Shown one piece after another: positions 9,557-20,208 of a stretch of 64,000 bases of DNA. The number at the start of each line of letters is the position of its first letter. Position 1 is the first letter of the stretch. A program made the translations under genes and the position numbers. The stretch comes from an uncultured Bacilli bacterium (GTDB taxonomy: Bacteria > Bacillota_I > Bacilli_A > RF39 > UBA660). The notes under the pieces were generated by a model. That model had not been told where the DNA came from. It was given only the letters and a program-made list of their open reading frames with translations, and searched no databases. The stretch lies in assembly GCA_947625625.1 (NCBI GenBank), contig CANQPC010000002.1, forward strand, positions 2,893 to 66,892, written 5' to 3'.

Positions 9557-10230
9557 CAGAAATCCCCCTCCCCTAATTTAGAAGTGGCATTTGTTTCTAG
9601 TCTCTTTCCTTTAATAGTACCCGTTAAAACATTGCCATCGACAGAATTATAAGTTACAATAGCGGAAAAACTTCCTCCTGCATCATAATCCTCTTGAGGC
9701 ATATCAAGATTAGTTAACCATACTAATAGTGTCAACTTTTTAGTAGCAGGAGCCATTTCCGTACCGCTAGCGATAGTAAAACTATCTCCCATTGTCTGAT
9801 TTTCACCACTTATAACTTTCGTTTTAGGTAAGATGACACCATCACTTTCATCTAATACCATATAACTTAAATTCTCGATATTTTCGACAGTAAAGTTTAT
9901 TGAGCCAACGATACTTTGAGCGTCTGCAAAATTAGATACTTCGAGGTCAAAAGCAAGACAAGCCCCAAAATTATATATATCAGTACATTTACTGTTGTAA
10001 GCTATCATAATATCATCATCATTGGTAGGAATTAATTTTTTAGGAGTAAACCTCTGTGACACTCCCAATCCTAGTTTTATTTTTCCTGCTTCGACGGCTA
10101 GAGCATCAGCTTCACTACGTGCCGAAATAGAAAAATAAGAAAAGGTACTTCCAATAATTAATATTAGAGTACTTAATATAGAAGTTATAAGTAAAAATCT
10201 ATTTATCTTGTTTTCTTTCATACTTAACAC
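9556..10230 (-). CDS. Secreted TasA/camelysin-like protein with a SipW-type N-terminal signal (paralog family member 5, most divergent)
   Basis: The N-terminal helix ends in GSTFSYFSISARSEADALAVEAGKIKLGLGV. It also has KLIPTNDDD, a CTDIYNFGAC loop, LLVWLTN and AIVTYNSVDG. Its stop overlaps the start of the downstream paralog. Confidence 0.55.
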   Translation of the reverse strand: MLSMKENKINRFLLITSILSTLILIIGSTFSYFSISARSEADALAVEAGKIKLGLGVSQRFTPKKLIPTNDDDIMIAYNSKCTDIYNFGACLAFDLEVSNFADAQSIVGSINFTVENIENLSYMVLDESDGVILPKTKVISGENQTMGDSFTIASGTEMAPATKKLTLLVWLTNLDMPQEDYDAGGSFSAIVTYNSVDGNVLTGTIKGKRLETNATSKLGEGDF

Positions 10231-10341
10231 TCCTTATCATATATATATGATATCAAATTATTTAATATTTTTCAAGTACGTTCGAGAAAAAAATTTATTA
10301 CTTTACTTTTAGAAATAAAAGAATGATTAACATTTAAACAA

Positions 10342-11622
10342 TCATTCTTTTACTATATCATATATTTTATCAATATCATCAATATCAACTTCGATAATAC
10401 TACTCTTTTTCATATCTTTAATTTGTATTTTTCCAGATGCAATTTCATTAGCACCAATTACGACGACGTAAGGAATATTATTCTTATCGGCACTTTCAAA
10501 TACTTTTTTTATCTTCTTGCCAGTCATTTCAATTAAAACTTTAATTCCTCTTTCCCGAAGAGAATTTGCTAATCTCAAGCTCTCGATATTAGTATCCATC
10601 GGAGCAATAAGAAGATTGCAAGTCCTATCGTCATTAGAAGTATCTAATATTTCACAAATAGGAACTATTCCAAAAGAGATACCCACTGCTGGATACTTGT
10701 TTCCATCATCAATAAAATTAGTAATTATCTTGTCATATCTTCCTCCACCACCGATAGCGGAGCTAATTCTTTTTTTCTTATCGAAGACTTCCCAAACAGT
10801 TCCCGTATATATTTCTAACCCTCTTGCCAGTGAAGGTGAAAAGTGACATTCTTGTAAATTTAAGCTATCGATATAAGAAAACAATTCCTTTATTTCCTTT
10901 CTCCCTTCGATAAATGTTTCATTAGTTATATCTAGAGCATCCAATTCTTCGATTGAAAGATTAAAATATTTAAATAGTTTATCTAATTTATTTTGTTCGA
11001 TATTATATTCTTCTAGCTCTTTTCTGACACCATCTTCCCCAATTTTAAGTAACTTATCGACAGATAAGATGACATTACTTTTAAGATTATCGGGAATATC
11101 GGAAGCGATAATAAAGCCTTCCAGTAACTTGCGGTTATTTACTTCTATTTCCACATCAATTCCAAGTTTTTGATAAGCCATCACCGTCATTGAAAGCATT
11201 TCCGCTTCGATAAACGAGCCTTCAAGTCCGCAGACGTCGACATCACATTGATAAAATTCTCTTGCTCTTCCAACTTTGACTGGTCCATCACGAAAGACTT
11301 TCCCAACTTCGTATCTTTTAAAAGGAAGAGTAATATTTTTACCAGCATTCATACTGATAACCTTAGAAAAAGGAACAGTAAGATCATATCTAAGTCCTAG
11401 TTTGCGGTCGCCTTGATCTTTTAACGTATATACTTCTTTTAAAATCTCACTTCCTCCAGAGTACTTAGAAGCTAATAAGTCATAATAACATAAAATCGAA
11501 GTATCGAGAGGAAGATAGCCAAACTTTTCAAAGACTTGAGTTAGCGTATCAATAACTTTTTTCTTTTTTAATTCTTCACTAGGAAGACTATCGCTAGTTC
11601 CTTTAACATTTATAAGTTTCAT
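10342..11622 (-). CDS. hisS: Histidine--tRNA ligase
   Basis: Class II aaRS motifs (LRYDLTVP, FKRYEVGKVFRDGP, GGGGRYD) and about 426 aa. Ends in TGA. Confidence 0.9.
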   Translation of the reverse strand: MKLINVKGTSDSLPSEELKKKKVIDTLTQVFEKFGYLPLDTSILCYYDLLASKYSGGSEILKEVYTLKDQGDRKLGLRYDLTVPFSKVISMNAGKNITLPFKRYEVGKVFRDGPVKVGRAREFYQCDVDVCGLEGSFIEAEMLSMTVMAYQKLGIDVEIEVNNRKLLEGFIIASDIPDNLKSNVILSVDKLLKIGEDGVRKELEEYNIEQNKLDKLFKYFNLSIEELDALDITNETFIEGRKEIKELFSYIDSLNLQECHFSPSLARGLEIYTGTVWEVFDKKKRISSAIGGGGRYDKIITNFIDDGNKYPAVGISFGIVPICEILDTSNDDRTCNLLIAPMDTNIESLRLANSLRERGIKVLIEMTGKKIKKVFESADKNNIPYVVVIGANEIASGKIQIKDMKKSSIIEVDIDDIDKIYDIVKE

Positions 11623-11633
11623 AACTTCCCTCC

Positions 11634-12137
11634 TTAATTTTTTATTTTTAAATTAATTAAATCACGTAAATCTGTAATTTTAGTATATCGACATTCTTTA
11701 TTTCTATTAGAAAATTTAACTGGTATACCACCCTTTTGATACCAATCATCCAAATTACCTAAATAGTCATCGACGAGAATATTACCCTTAGCCTCAATAT
11801 AATCAGTCTTTTTAATTCCTTTAGGAACTCCTATGATATTTACTCCCGGTAGATGTTTAGAAAAATATTTTTTCTTAGCCTCGATTTCATTATCAGAATT
11901 AACATGAGTCAAAATATTTACTTCGTACAAATTCGAAGCTATTATTTCTTTTATTTTAGAAATAGAATTATCAATTTCCCCAGCTTCGATAATAAATTTA
12001 TTCCAATCTAAATCCTGATAATATTTTCTTATAGCATTCTGATCCTCAAACTTAATCCCATGTTTATCAAAATAGTCGTACGATTTATTAATTGTATCTA
12101 AAATAACTCCATCACAGTCTAAATAAAGTTTTAACAT
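11634..12137 (-). CDS. HAD-family 5'(3')-deoxyribonucleotidase-like phosphatase
   Basis: Motif I LYLDCDGVILDT and the late motif LVDDYLGNLDDW. The 167-aa size fits the NT5C/YorS-like family. Confidence 0.55.
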   Translation of the reverse strand: MLKLYLDCDGVILDTINKSYDYFDKHGIKFEDQNAIRKYYQDLDWNKFIIEAGEIDNSISKIKEIIASNLYEVNILTHVNSDNEIEAKKKYFSKHLPGVNIIGVPKGIKKTDYIEAKGNILVDDYLGNLDDWYQKGGIPVKFSNRNKECRYTKITDLRDLINLKIKN

Positions 12138-12139
12138 AC

Positions 12140-12682
12140 TTAATCCCTATCTACATCTAAAGCTGATACAATTTGATCTTTACCGCTATAAAATTCTGTC
12201 ATTTTATCATCTTCAACTTTAATAATAGTTGGATTTGTTACTCTCAAATCATGAATATCAGTAACAATCCCAGAAGCCTCTCCAATATAATTACTATTGA
12301 AATCATCACTTAAATCGACACGATAAACCATTTCCGTTAAACCATATATTACATTACTTACTTCACTATCTTCATCATCAGGATCATAATAGTAAACGTA
12401 GTAAGTTAAATCCATTTGCTTTAAAGTTTCACTAGCTAAAATACGATTCTCGACCATCCCTGAACTATCTTCCTTATCAGTATCATCTTTCGAAAACCAT
12501 TTTATTTCTTTAGTGACAAATATTCCTGACAAAATATATAAAATTACGCCAAATAATAACATTGTTATTATAATAATAACAAAAGTCTTCGTAGATAGTG
12601 GCTTATCTTTACTATTTTTTTGAACTTCACGAACGTTCTTACCTTCTCTTTTAGCTTGTTTTCTTCTTAATTCTCTTCCCAT
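12140..12682 (-). CDS. Single-pass membrane protein, function unknown
   Basis: Basic N-terminus, one TM helix (FVIIIITMLLFGVILYILSGIFV), then an acidic extracytoplasmic domain. No family recognised. Confidence 0.5.
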   Translation of the reverse strand: MGRELRRKQAKREGKNVREVQKNSKDKPLSTKTFVIIIITMLLFGVILYILSGIFVTKEIKWFSKDDTDKEDSSGMVENRILASETLKQMDLTYYVYYYDPDDEDSEVSNVIYGLTEMVYRVDLSDDFNSNYIGEASGIVTDIHDLRVTNPTIIKVEDDKMTEFYSGKDQIVSALDVDRD

Positions 12683-12749
12683 TCTAACACTTCCTCTTCA
12701 TAATTTTGTTTCAATTAAATAATAGCATATATTAATTTGATTTTCAAGG

Positions 12750-13493
12750 TTAGTAAAAGACATTTTTCAAATACAAACCTTCAGGATTAGCCGTCTTACT
12801 TGCCGCTTTACGATCCTGTTTTTTTAAAATATCAATTACTTCTTCACTCTTTAAATTACCTTTTCCAACTTCTATTAAAGTTCCGACAATATTTCTTACC
12901 ATATATCTTAAGAAACCAGTTCCCACAAAAACAAGTGTTATCTTATTGACATCTTTAGTATCTCTAATTAAATTAGTCTGAGATATTGTCCTTACATAGT
13001 CATCTTTTTCTTCGTCAGTTTTCGTAAATGACTTAAAATTATGTGTACCCTCTAAATATTTCATAGCTCTCTCCATCTCGACGACATCCAATTTTTCATT
13101 ATGCTGGTAGACATAATTCCTTTCGAGGGGGTTATATTCTCCCATGTTTAACATATATATATACTCTTTCCCAATCGCGGAAAATCTAGCATGAAAATTA
13201 TCGTCTACCTCTTCTACTTTTCTTACAAAAATATCATCTGGTAAAAGAGAATTTAATCCTTTAGCCAGCTTTTCAGTAGTTATTTTAGTCTCCAAATCAA
13301 AATGAACCTTTTGAGCTAGAGCATGAACTTTCGCATCAGTACGTCCCGAAGCATGAACGTCAACTTTCTTTCCTCCATTTATTTCTTTTAGAGCTTTCTC
13401 TAATTCTCCCTGAATTGTCCTTTCTTTAGGCTGCTTCTGATAGCCAGAAAAAGATGTTCCATCATACGATATTGTCATTAAATATCTCATCAT
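12750..13493 (-). CDS. truA: tRNA pseudouridine(38-40) synthase TruA
   Basis: ISYDGTSFSGYQKQ and the catalytic GRTDAKVHA motif. Classic position downstream of ecfT. Confidence 0.9.
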   Translation of the reverse strand: MMRYLMTISYDGTSFSGYQKQPKERTIQGELEKALKEINGGKKVDVHASGRTDAKVHALAQKVHFDLETKITTEKLAKGLNSLLPDDIFVRKVEEVDDNFHARFSAIGKEYIYMLNMGEYNPLERNYVYQHNEKLDVVEMERAMKYLEGTHNFKSFTKTDEEKDDYVRTISQTNLIRDTKDVNKITLVFVGTGFLRYMVRNIVGTLIEVGKGNLKSEEVIDILKKQDRKAASKTANPEGLYLKNVFY

Positions 13494-13505
13494 AATCCCT
13501 CTTTT

Positions 13506-14246
13506 CTAATAAAACATAACAATACTTAATATTAATATATTTAAAACAAGTAGTGCACTATCTTTTTTACTCCACTTATTTAATCGATAATTAGTTCGTG
13601 ATTTACTATAATTATATAACCTAATATCCATCATTTCCATAAGTTTTAATGATTTTTGCGAAGTCAAAGTAAACATAGGAGTAAAAATACCACTGATAGT
13701 AGATAATTTATCTTTAATACCCTTGACATTAAAATTAACTCCCCGCAAATACTGAATATTTTTAATTCTACTAGCTTCAAAAGACAGATCCTGAATATAT
13801 CTTAAAGATACTCCTATAATCATGGCAATATCGTTAACTGAAACAAATTTTGAAATAGGCATCAAAAATTTAGATATACCATAAATTATCTCCGTACTAG
13901 CGGTCGTAAGAGTTAAAATACTCAAGTAAATGACAATATAGATAATTCTAAATAAATCAAACACAATATTATCAATTCCCCTAAAAAAGATTAAATCAAT
14001 TATCAAGATAAGTAATAAAATAATCCTTATACTAAATATATTTCTTAAATATACCATTGGATCAATATCACTATAAGAAATTACTAACAATAGATAAAAT
14101 GTAAGCATGATAATATCGATATAACTATCGATAAAGAAAATACCAAAAAGCATCATCATCAAAGATATAATTTTAAATACAGGATTTAGTTTATGAACTA
14201 ATGAATCCTTAAGAATATACCTACTTACAATTAAATTACTTAACAT
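13506..14246 (-). CDS. ecfT: ECF transporter transmembrane component EcfT
   Basis: Multi-TM, 246 aa, overlapping ecfA2. Conserved ecfA1-ecfA2-ecfT-truA order. Confidence 0.85.
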   Translation of the reverse strand: MLSNLIVSRYILKDSLVHKLNPVFKIISLMMMLFGIFFIDSYIDIIMLTFYLLLVISYSDIDPMVYLRNIFSIRIILLLILIIDLIFFRGIDNIVFDLFRIIYIVIYLSILTLTTASTEIIYGISKFLMPISKFVSVNDIAMIIGVSLRYIQDLSFEASRIKNIQYLRGVNFNVKGIKDKLSTISGIFTPMFTLTSQKSLKLMEMMDIRLYNYSKSRTNYRLNKWSKKDSALLVLNILILSIVMFY

Positions 14247-15015
14247 TACGATAAATATCCTTCATTAATTCTTTGATATCAGATGTAAGTTCTAAATCGA
14301 CATTTTTTACTTTTTTAACATTATTTATAAACTCTATTATTTTAGGTATTTCTATTCCTGATGTTTTTAATTTATCGCATGAAAGAAGCTCTTTTCTCTT
14401 TCCTTTACTAATTATTTTTCCTTTCTTTAAAAGAAGATAATTATCGGTAACCTTTAGTACAAAATCAAGATTACTAGATATGATAATAATAGTCTTATGA
14501 TAATTATTTTTTAATTTTTTTAATAACTTTATTAACTTTTCTTCTCTTTTATTATCGAGGTAATTACTCGGATCATCAATAATTATTAATTTAGGATTTA
14601 ACGCTAAAATAACCGCTAGAGCAATGCTTTCCTTTTCCCCATTAGATAAATTAAAAGGATTTCGATCAAGATAACTGCTACTTAAACCTACTACTCTTAA
14701 TGAATCTTCTATTCTTTTATTTAAGGTATCAACTTTATAATTATATTTTTTTAATCCAAAGGCAATTTCTTCACGAACTGTTTTAAAGATAAATGATTCG
14801 GAAGCCATCGAAAAAACATAACCAATATTACGACCGCTATAGGAACAAGTAAATTTTCCTACATAATCTTTAATAATTCCACCTATAATGTATCCAATAA
14901 TCGTCTTCCCCGATCCTGCTGCTCCAATAATACTAGTAATTTTACCCTCTTCAAACTCATAACTTATATTTTGTAATTTATCTTTATAAGAAATTTTATC
15001 TAGTTTTAATTCCAT
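14236..15015 (-). CDS. ecfA2: ECF transporter ATPase EcfA2
   Basis: Walker A GAAGSGKT, signature LSNGEKE, Walker B LIIIDDP. Confidence 0.85.
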   Translation of the reverse strand: MELKLDKISYKDKLQNISYEFEEGKITSIIGAAGSGKTIIGYIIGGIIKDYVGKFTCSYSGRNIGYVFSMASESFIFKTVREEIAFGLKKYNYKVDTLNKRIEDSLRVVGLSSSYLDRNPFNLSNGEKESIALAVILALNPKLIIIDDPSNYLDNKREEKLIKLLKKLKNNYHKTIIIISSNLDFVLKVTDNYLLLKKGKIISKGKRKELLSCDKLKTSGIEIPKIIEFINNVKKVKNVDLELTSDIKELMKDIYRNVK

Positions 15016-15815
15016 AATTCATTGATAGCCTCTCTCTCATCAAAGTAGACATGATCTAATAAATTATATAACATAAGATTATGAGATAGCTTAACGATAA
15101 AGGGAAGATTAAACCCGAACTTTTCAAATTTCTCATCTTCGTAAGCTTCTTTCTTATTTCCATCGAAGATAATCTTTCCATTATTTAAAGCAATTATTCG
15201 GTCACTTTCCAAAGTATCTTCCAAATTATGTGTCAAAAGAATTATCGTCAGCTTAGTATTTTTTTTATAATCTTTTAATATTTTTAAGACTAGCTTTCGA
15301 TCGGAAGAATTTAACTGATTGATAGAATCATCTAAAAGTAATATTTTAGGATTATAAATAAGGGAAGAGGCAATCATTACTTTTTCTTTTTCACTTTCAT
15401 TTAATTCGTATAATCCTTTTTCAAGAATGTCATCTAATTTAAATTTTTTAGAAATAACGTCAATTGCCGCTGATATCTCTTTGGGCGTATATACCAAATT
15501 TTCGAGAGAAAAAGCTAGGTCATCTTTTACTGTCTCTCCGACAAAGTGTGAGGAAGCATCATCAAAACATACCGCCATACTTCGGCGAATCCTAGGAAGA
15601 TTAGTTTTATTTAACAAATAGCCATCAATATTTATATAGCCTTCTGCATCACATAAACCAGCTAGTATTTTAGCTAAAGTACTTTTACCAGAAGCATTAT
15701 TTCCTACGATACAAACAAAAGTATTAGGATCTATCTCTAAGTCAAAATTTTTAAAGATATAGTCGTCATCATACTTAAATGACATACTTTTAATTTTGAT
15801 AATCTTCTTCTCCAT
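15006..15815 (-). CDS. ecfA1: ECF transporter ATPase EcfA1
   Basis: Walker A GNNASGKST, signature-like LNESEKE, Walker B ILLLDDS. The likely ATG is at 15815 after AAGGG; the track ORF starts at a GTG at 15824. Confidence 0.85.
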   Translation of the reverse strand: MEKKIIKIKSMSFKYDDDYIFKNFDLEIDPNTFVCIVGNNASGKSTLAKILAGLCDAEGYINIDGYLLNKTNLPRIRRSMAVCFDDASSHFVGETVKDDLAFSLENLVYTPKEISAAIDVISKKFKLDDILEKGLYELNESEKEKVMIASSLIYNPKILLLDDSINQLNSSDRKLVLKILKDYKKNTKLTIILLTHNLEDTLESDRIIALNNGKIIFDGNKKEAYEDEKFEKFGFNLPFIVKLSHNLMLYNLLDHVYFDEREAINELWN

Positions 15816-15974
15816 AAAACACACCCTTAGGTATATTATATATTAAATAGGTATAAAAAACAAGTAATAATCTCATCGTATCTGCAAAAATATTGCACCC
15901 TAATTTAGCTATTGTAATTTTTCTCTTTTTATTATAAAATTGTATTATAGAATATTGTAGTGAGGATGATTTAA

Positions 15975-16970
15975 ATGAATAATACTGAAAATATTTCAAT
16001 AACTCCAGAAGAGTTAGAAAAAAGTAACATGATTATTAAAAAAATAGATGAATATTTTTCTGAAAGAATTGTCGGACAAAAAAGACTTCAACAATCTTTA
16101 TTAGTCGCTCTTTTAGCTAACGGACATATTTTACTCGAATCAGTTCCAGGTCTTGCTAAAACCACTGCTGCTAAAGTTTTAACCGAAGCTATAAATGGTC
16201 GATTTTCACGTATTCAGTGCACTCCAGATTTACTTCCAAGCGATATTATTGGAACCCAAATTTTTAACTATTCCAAAAATACTTTTGAGACAAAGATTGG
16301 TCCTATTTATGCTAATTTTGTTCTCTTAGATGAAATAAATAGGTCGAGTGCCAAAACACAGAGTGCTACCTTGGAAGCAATGCAGGAAAGACAGATAACT
16401 ATTGATGGAAAAATATATAAATTACCCAATATATTTATTGTAATTGCCACCCAAAATCCAATCGAACAAGAAGGAACTTACCTTTTAGCTGAAGCCCAAC
16501 TAGATAGATTTTTACTAAAAGAAAAAGTTGACTATCCAACCGCTAATGAAGAAGTAGAAATACTAAATAGATTAGAAAAGAAAGTGTTTGACAATAAAGC
16601 CTCTATCTTTCAATTAATCGATATTGAATATTTACAAAAATTAGTCGAAAAAGTTTATATTGATGACGCAATAAAAAAATATATATCAGAAATAATTTTA
16701 GCGACAAGATTTCCCCAAAATTATATAGGAAATGAATTATCACAATATATTAATTTAGGTTCAAGTACGAGAGGTTCAATAGCTTTTATGCAATGTTCGA
16801 AAGCCCTAGCTTTAATTAAAGGAAGAACACATGTCATCCCCGAAGATATCAAAGAACTTAGCTATACTGTCTTAAGGCATCGTCTCTCTTTAAATTTTTC
16901 AGCCGTAGCGGATAATATCAGTGTCGAGCAAATTATCGATGCTATTATGGGAGCTGTTCCAACGCCATGA
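15975..16970 (+). CDS. MoxR-family AAA+ ATPase
   Basis: GHILLESVPGLAKTT (Walker A), RIQCTPDLLPSDIIGT, and FVLLDEINR (Walker B), which are typical of MoxR/AAA_3. Confidence 0.9.
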   Translation: MNNTENISITPEELEKSNMIIKKIDEYFSERIVGQKRLQQSLLVALLANGHILLESVPGLAKTTAAKVLTEAINGRFSRIQCTPDLLPSDIIGTQIFNYSKNTFETKIGPIYANFVLLDEINRSSAKTQSATLEAMQERQITIDGKIYKLPNIFIVIATQNPIEQEGTYLLAEAQLDRFLLKEKVDYPTANEEVEILNRLEKKVFDNKASIFQLIDIEYLQKLVEKVYIDDAIKKYISEIILATRFPQNYIGNELSQYINLGSSTRGSIAFMQCSKALALIKGRTHVIPEDIKELSYTVLRHRLSLNFSAVADNISVEQIIDAIMGAVPTP

Positions 16971-17836
16971 TTTTAAAGTATGTTAATAAAATAAGAGCAA
17001 ATATTTCTATTTATGCAAGTAAAAAAGCCACTAATATTTTAGACGGTACTTATAAATCCGTATATCGTGGAAAAAGTATGAACTTTGAAAACTTACGAGA
17101 ATATGTTATAAATGATGAAGTTAAAGATATCGATTGGAAAGCCTCGGCAAGAAGTGGAAAATTACTAGTAAAACAATTTATTGCCGAAAAAAAGCATAAT
17201 ATCATGCTTATTATGGATACCGGTAAAAAAATGGCCGCGGATACCGATTTACATGAAAACAAAAAAGATATTGCTCTCTTACTCGGAGGTACAATTGGAT
17301 ATTTAGCTATTGAAAATGGTGATTATGTAGGAATGGTATATACTAATAAAAAAGTAAATTTTAAACCATTCAAATTAAATCTTTATAATTTAGAATTTTA
17401 TTTAGCAGAATATGATAAAATAGCTTTCGAAAACAATATATCTTTAAATGATACACTAAAATATGTTTTCAAAAATATTCATAAAAAGATGATTATTTTT
17501 GTTATAACAGATATAGATGGAATAAGCAAAGTAGAAAATAAAACCCTAAAAGAAATAAAACAATTACATGATATTTTATTTTTAAATATCAATGATAACT
17601 TAATGACTGGTAATGATATTTATGATATCGAACAAGATGAATATATTCCAAATATTCTTTTAAATGATGCTAAACTAAATATTATGGAAAAAGAAATAAA
17701 AGAAAAAATATTAAATGGTAATAAAAGAAAAATGAAAAAAAATAATATTAGTATGGTATCTATAAGTTCAAAAAAAGAAATTAATGATAAAATTATCAGA
17801 CTATTGGAGGAACACCACCATGAAAGTAGAAACTGA
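16967..17836 (+). CDS. DUF58-family protein (vWA-like, MoxR partner)
   Basis: GKSMNFENLREYVINDEVKDIDWKASAR...MLIMDTGKKM matches the DUF58 pattern. Overlaps moxR by 4 nt. Confidence 0.8.
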   Translation: MILKYVNKIRANISIYASKKATNILDGTYKSVYRGKSMNFENLREYVINDEVKDIDWKASARSGKLLVKQFIAEKKHNIMLIMDTGKKMAADTDLHENKKDIALLLGGTIGYLAIENGDYVGMVYTNKKVNFKPFKLNLYNLEFYLAEYDKIAFENNISLNDTLKYVFKNIHKKMIIFVITDIDGISKVENKTLKEIKQLHDILFLNINDNLMTGNDIYDIEQDEYIPNILLNDAKLNIMEKEIKEKILNGNKRKMKKNNISMVSISSKKEINDKIIRLLEEHHHESRN

Positions 17837-18278
17837 ATTAAAACCCCTCTTTTCCTACTCTATTTTACCCATTATTCTTGTTATTGTCGTAATAGGAATA
17901 TTAGTTTTCTTTATCGTATTTAAGAAAAAGAAAATTCCAATAAAAGAAACAATTATAATCCCTGATAGAAAAAATATAATCGACATAAAAAGAACATATC
18001 TAAATAAAATTGATAATTTATTAAGTACATTTAATGAAAATAAAATAAATAATCGTCATGCATATCAAAGCTTAAGTAAATTAATTAGAAATTTTATTTT
18101 TGAAGTTACAAATATTAAAGTACAAAATTATACTTTAAATGATATCAAACAAATTAAAATACCCTATTTATACGAACTAGTAAGTGAATATTATGAACCA
18201 GAATTTGCCAAAATATCACGTGGTGATATAAGAAAATCAATAGAAAAAACAAGAAAGGTAATAGAAAAATGGAACTAA
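17820..18278 (+). CDS. Small single-pass membrane protein in the MoxR/vWA operon
   Basis: The likely start is MKVETELKPL after GGAGGA; the track ORF begins at 17784. One TM helix. Occupies the position of the DUF4381-like gene in Bat operons. Confidence 0.5.
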   Translation: MKVETELKPLFSYSILPIILVIVVIGILVFFIVFKKKKIPIKETIIIPDRKNIIDIKRTYLNKIDNLLSTFNENKINNRHAYQSLSKLIRNFIFEVTNIKVQNYTLNDIKQIKIPYLYELVSEYYEPEFAKISRGDIRKSIEKTRKVIEKWN

Positions 18279-19273
18279 GATACCCTATCATTATCATAAT
18301 TATTTTTATCTTACTTATTTGTTACTTTTTCATCTTTAAAAAGAAAAAGAAAAAATATACTTCTGGTTCAAAAATCGCCAATACTAGTTACATTAAGAAT
18401 ACAGCTTACTATAAAAAGAAAATTAAAGAATATAAATTATTTACTATAATAATCCAAGCATTTATTATAACAGCAATAATTAGTTCGACAATACTAATCG
18501 GAAGATTATCTAAAATAGAGAGTAATAATACTAACGAATATAACCGTGATATATTTTTATGCATGGATGTCTCTGATTCAGTAAATGAATTAAATCTAGA
18601 TTTAGTAAATAGTCTTAAAGACGTAGTAAATAATTTAAAAGGAGAAAGATTTGGTATATCAATTTTTAATACTTCATCAGTAACCTTAGTTCCTCTTACT
18701 GATGACTATGACTATGTCATTAGTGTTTTAGAACAAATAAAAGCATCATTGGAACTTACAAATTCGCCTGATTTAAATAGTGACAATTTTGATTTTTATT
18801 TAATTAATTATATTACCAGCGGTACTTTAGAAGATAATGAAACTAAAGGAAGCTCACTTATCGGTGATGGACTTGCTACCTGCGTATATAGTTTTTCAGA
18901 TTTAGATGATACCGAAAGAACGAGAATAATCATTTTATCAACCGATAATGAGCCTTATGGTACACAGCTAGTAACACTTGACGAAGCCGCTCAAATAAGT
19001 AAAAGTAAAGGAATAAAAGTTTTTGGAATTGCAACAAAATTAATTAGACCCGAAGCTGATTTTAAAGAAGCAACTCAAATTACTGGTGGCAAATACTATA
19101 AATATTCAGATTCTACTACCACCGAAATAGTAAATGATATCGAAGCAACATCTAAGTCTTTACTTAAAAAGAAAGTAGAAACAAAAGTTACTGATATTCC
19201 TCAAATACCTTTTATTATATTAATTTTTTCAATTATTACTTTAATTATTATAAGAAGGAAAGTGATATCATGA
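18269..19273 (+). CDS. vWA-domain membrane protein (BatA-like)
   Basis: N- and C-terminal TM helices flank a vWA domain with the MIDAS motif MDVSDSV. Confidence 0.75.
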   Translation: MELRYPIIIIIIFILLICYFFIFKKKKKKYTSGSKIANTSYIKNTAYYKKKIKEYKLFTIIIQAFIITAIISSTILIGRLSKIESNNTNEYNRDIFLCMDVSDSVNELNLDLVNSLKDVVNNLKGERFGISIFNTSSVTLVPLTDDYDYVISVLEQIKASLELTNSPDLNSDNFDFYLINYITSGTLEDNETKGSSLIGDGLATCVYSFSDLDDTERTRIIILSTDNEPYGTQLVTLDEAAQISKSKGIKVFGIATKLIRPEADFKEATQITGGKYYKYSDSTTTEIVNDIEATSKSLLKKKVETKVTDIPQIPFIILIFSIITLIIIRRKVIS

Positions 19274-20208
19274 GAACTTTTCCTATTATTCCAATTTGGA
19301 TTATGTTAATAGTATGCATATCTTTAATTATATTTATTATCATTAAGTCTAATAATAAAATTATCGAAATAGCTATTGTAATTTTAATTTTTATTATTAA
19401 TTTACGCATAATGATACCTGGTGATAATTATAAGTCAGTATCTAATAATCTCGACGTTTTATTTGTAATTGATAATACAATAAGTATGAATGCCGAAGAT
19501 TATAACGGAAACGAAACAAGACTATCTGGAGTAAAAAAAGATTGTAATTATATAATTGAACGTCTAAGTGGAGCGAGGTTTTCAATTATTACTTTCAATA
19601 ATAAGGCACAAATTATTATTCCCTTCATAAATGATATAAATCTTGCTATGGAAACTATTGATATAATTGAACCAATTGATGAGCTCTATGCTAAAGGTTC
19701 ATCCCTTAATACCCCTATTGAAACTATTTTAATGTCATTGAATTCTTCCGAAAAAAAAGATAACAGAATAAGAGTTATATTCTTTATAAGTGATGGAGAA
19801 ATAACAAAAAATGAAAGTTTATCTAGTTATCGCGAAATTAGAGAACATATAAATAATGGAGCTGTTTTAGGTTATGGAACATCTAAAGGTGGAAATATGA
19901 AATCAAGAAATAAATTTTTATATGAAGATGAATATATTAGAGATAATACTAGTTTAAATCATGACATAGCTGTATCAAAAATTGATGAAAGTAATTTAAA
20001 AAAAATAGCAAGTGATATTAATATCGATTACATTCACATGAATAAAGAAGAAAATATTAATAGTAAACTGAGAGAAATTGAGAAACTAGCAAGTTCTAGT
20101 ATAGATGATAGTAGTAAAAAAACATATGATGATATTTACTTCATATTTGTAATTCCCCTACTAGCTTTATTATTTTTAGAATTGCATAATATTAGGAGGA
20201 AAGTATGA
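19270..20208 (+). CDS. vWA-domain membrane protein (BatB-like)
   Basis: Two N-terminal TM helices, a vWA domain (VIDNTISM MIDAS variant), and a C-terminal TM helix. Confidence 0.7.
   Translation: MRTFPIIPIWIMLIVCISLIIFIIIKSNNKIIEIAIVILIFIINLRIMIPGDNYKSVSNNLDVLFVIDNTISMNAEDYNGNETRLSGVKKDCNYIIERLSGARFSIITFNNKAQIIIPFINDINLAMETIDIIEPIDELYAKGSSLNTPIETILMSLNSSEKKDNRIRVIFFISDGEITKNESLSSYREIREHINNGAVLGYGTSKGGNMKSRNKFLYEDEYIRDNTSLNHDIAVSKIDESNLKKIASDINIDYIHMNKEENINSKLREIEKLASSSIDDSSKKTYDDIYFIFVIPLLALLFLELHNIRRKV

Noticed and set aside
15790-15999. 69-aa minus-strand ORF between ecfA1 and moxR
   Set aside because: It overlaps the ecfA1 start and the divergent promoter region. It has low-complexity AT-driven composition and no RBS.
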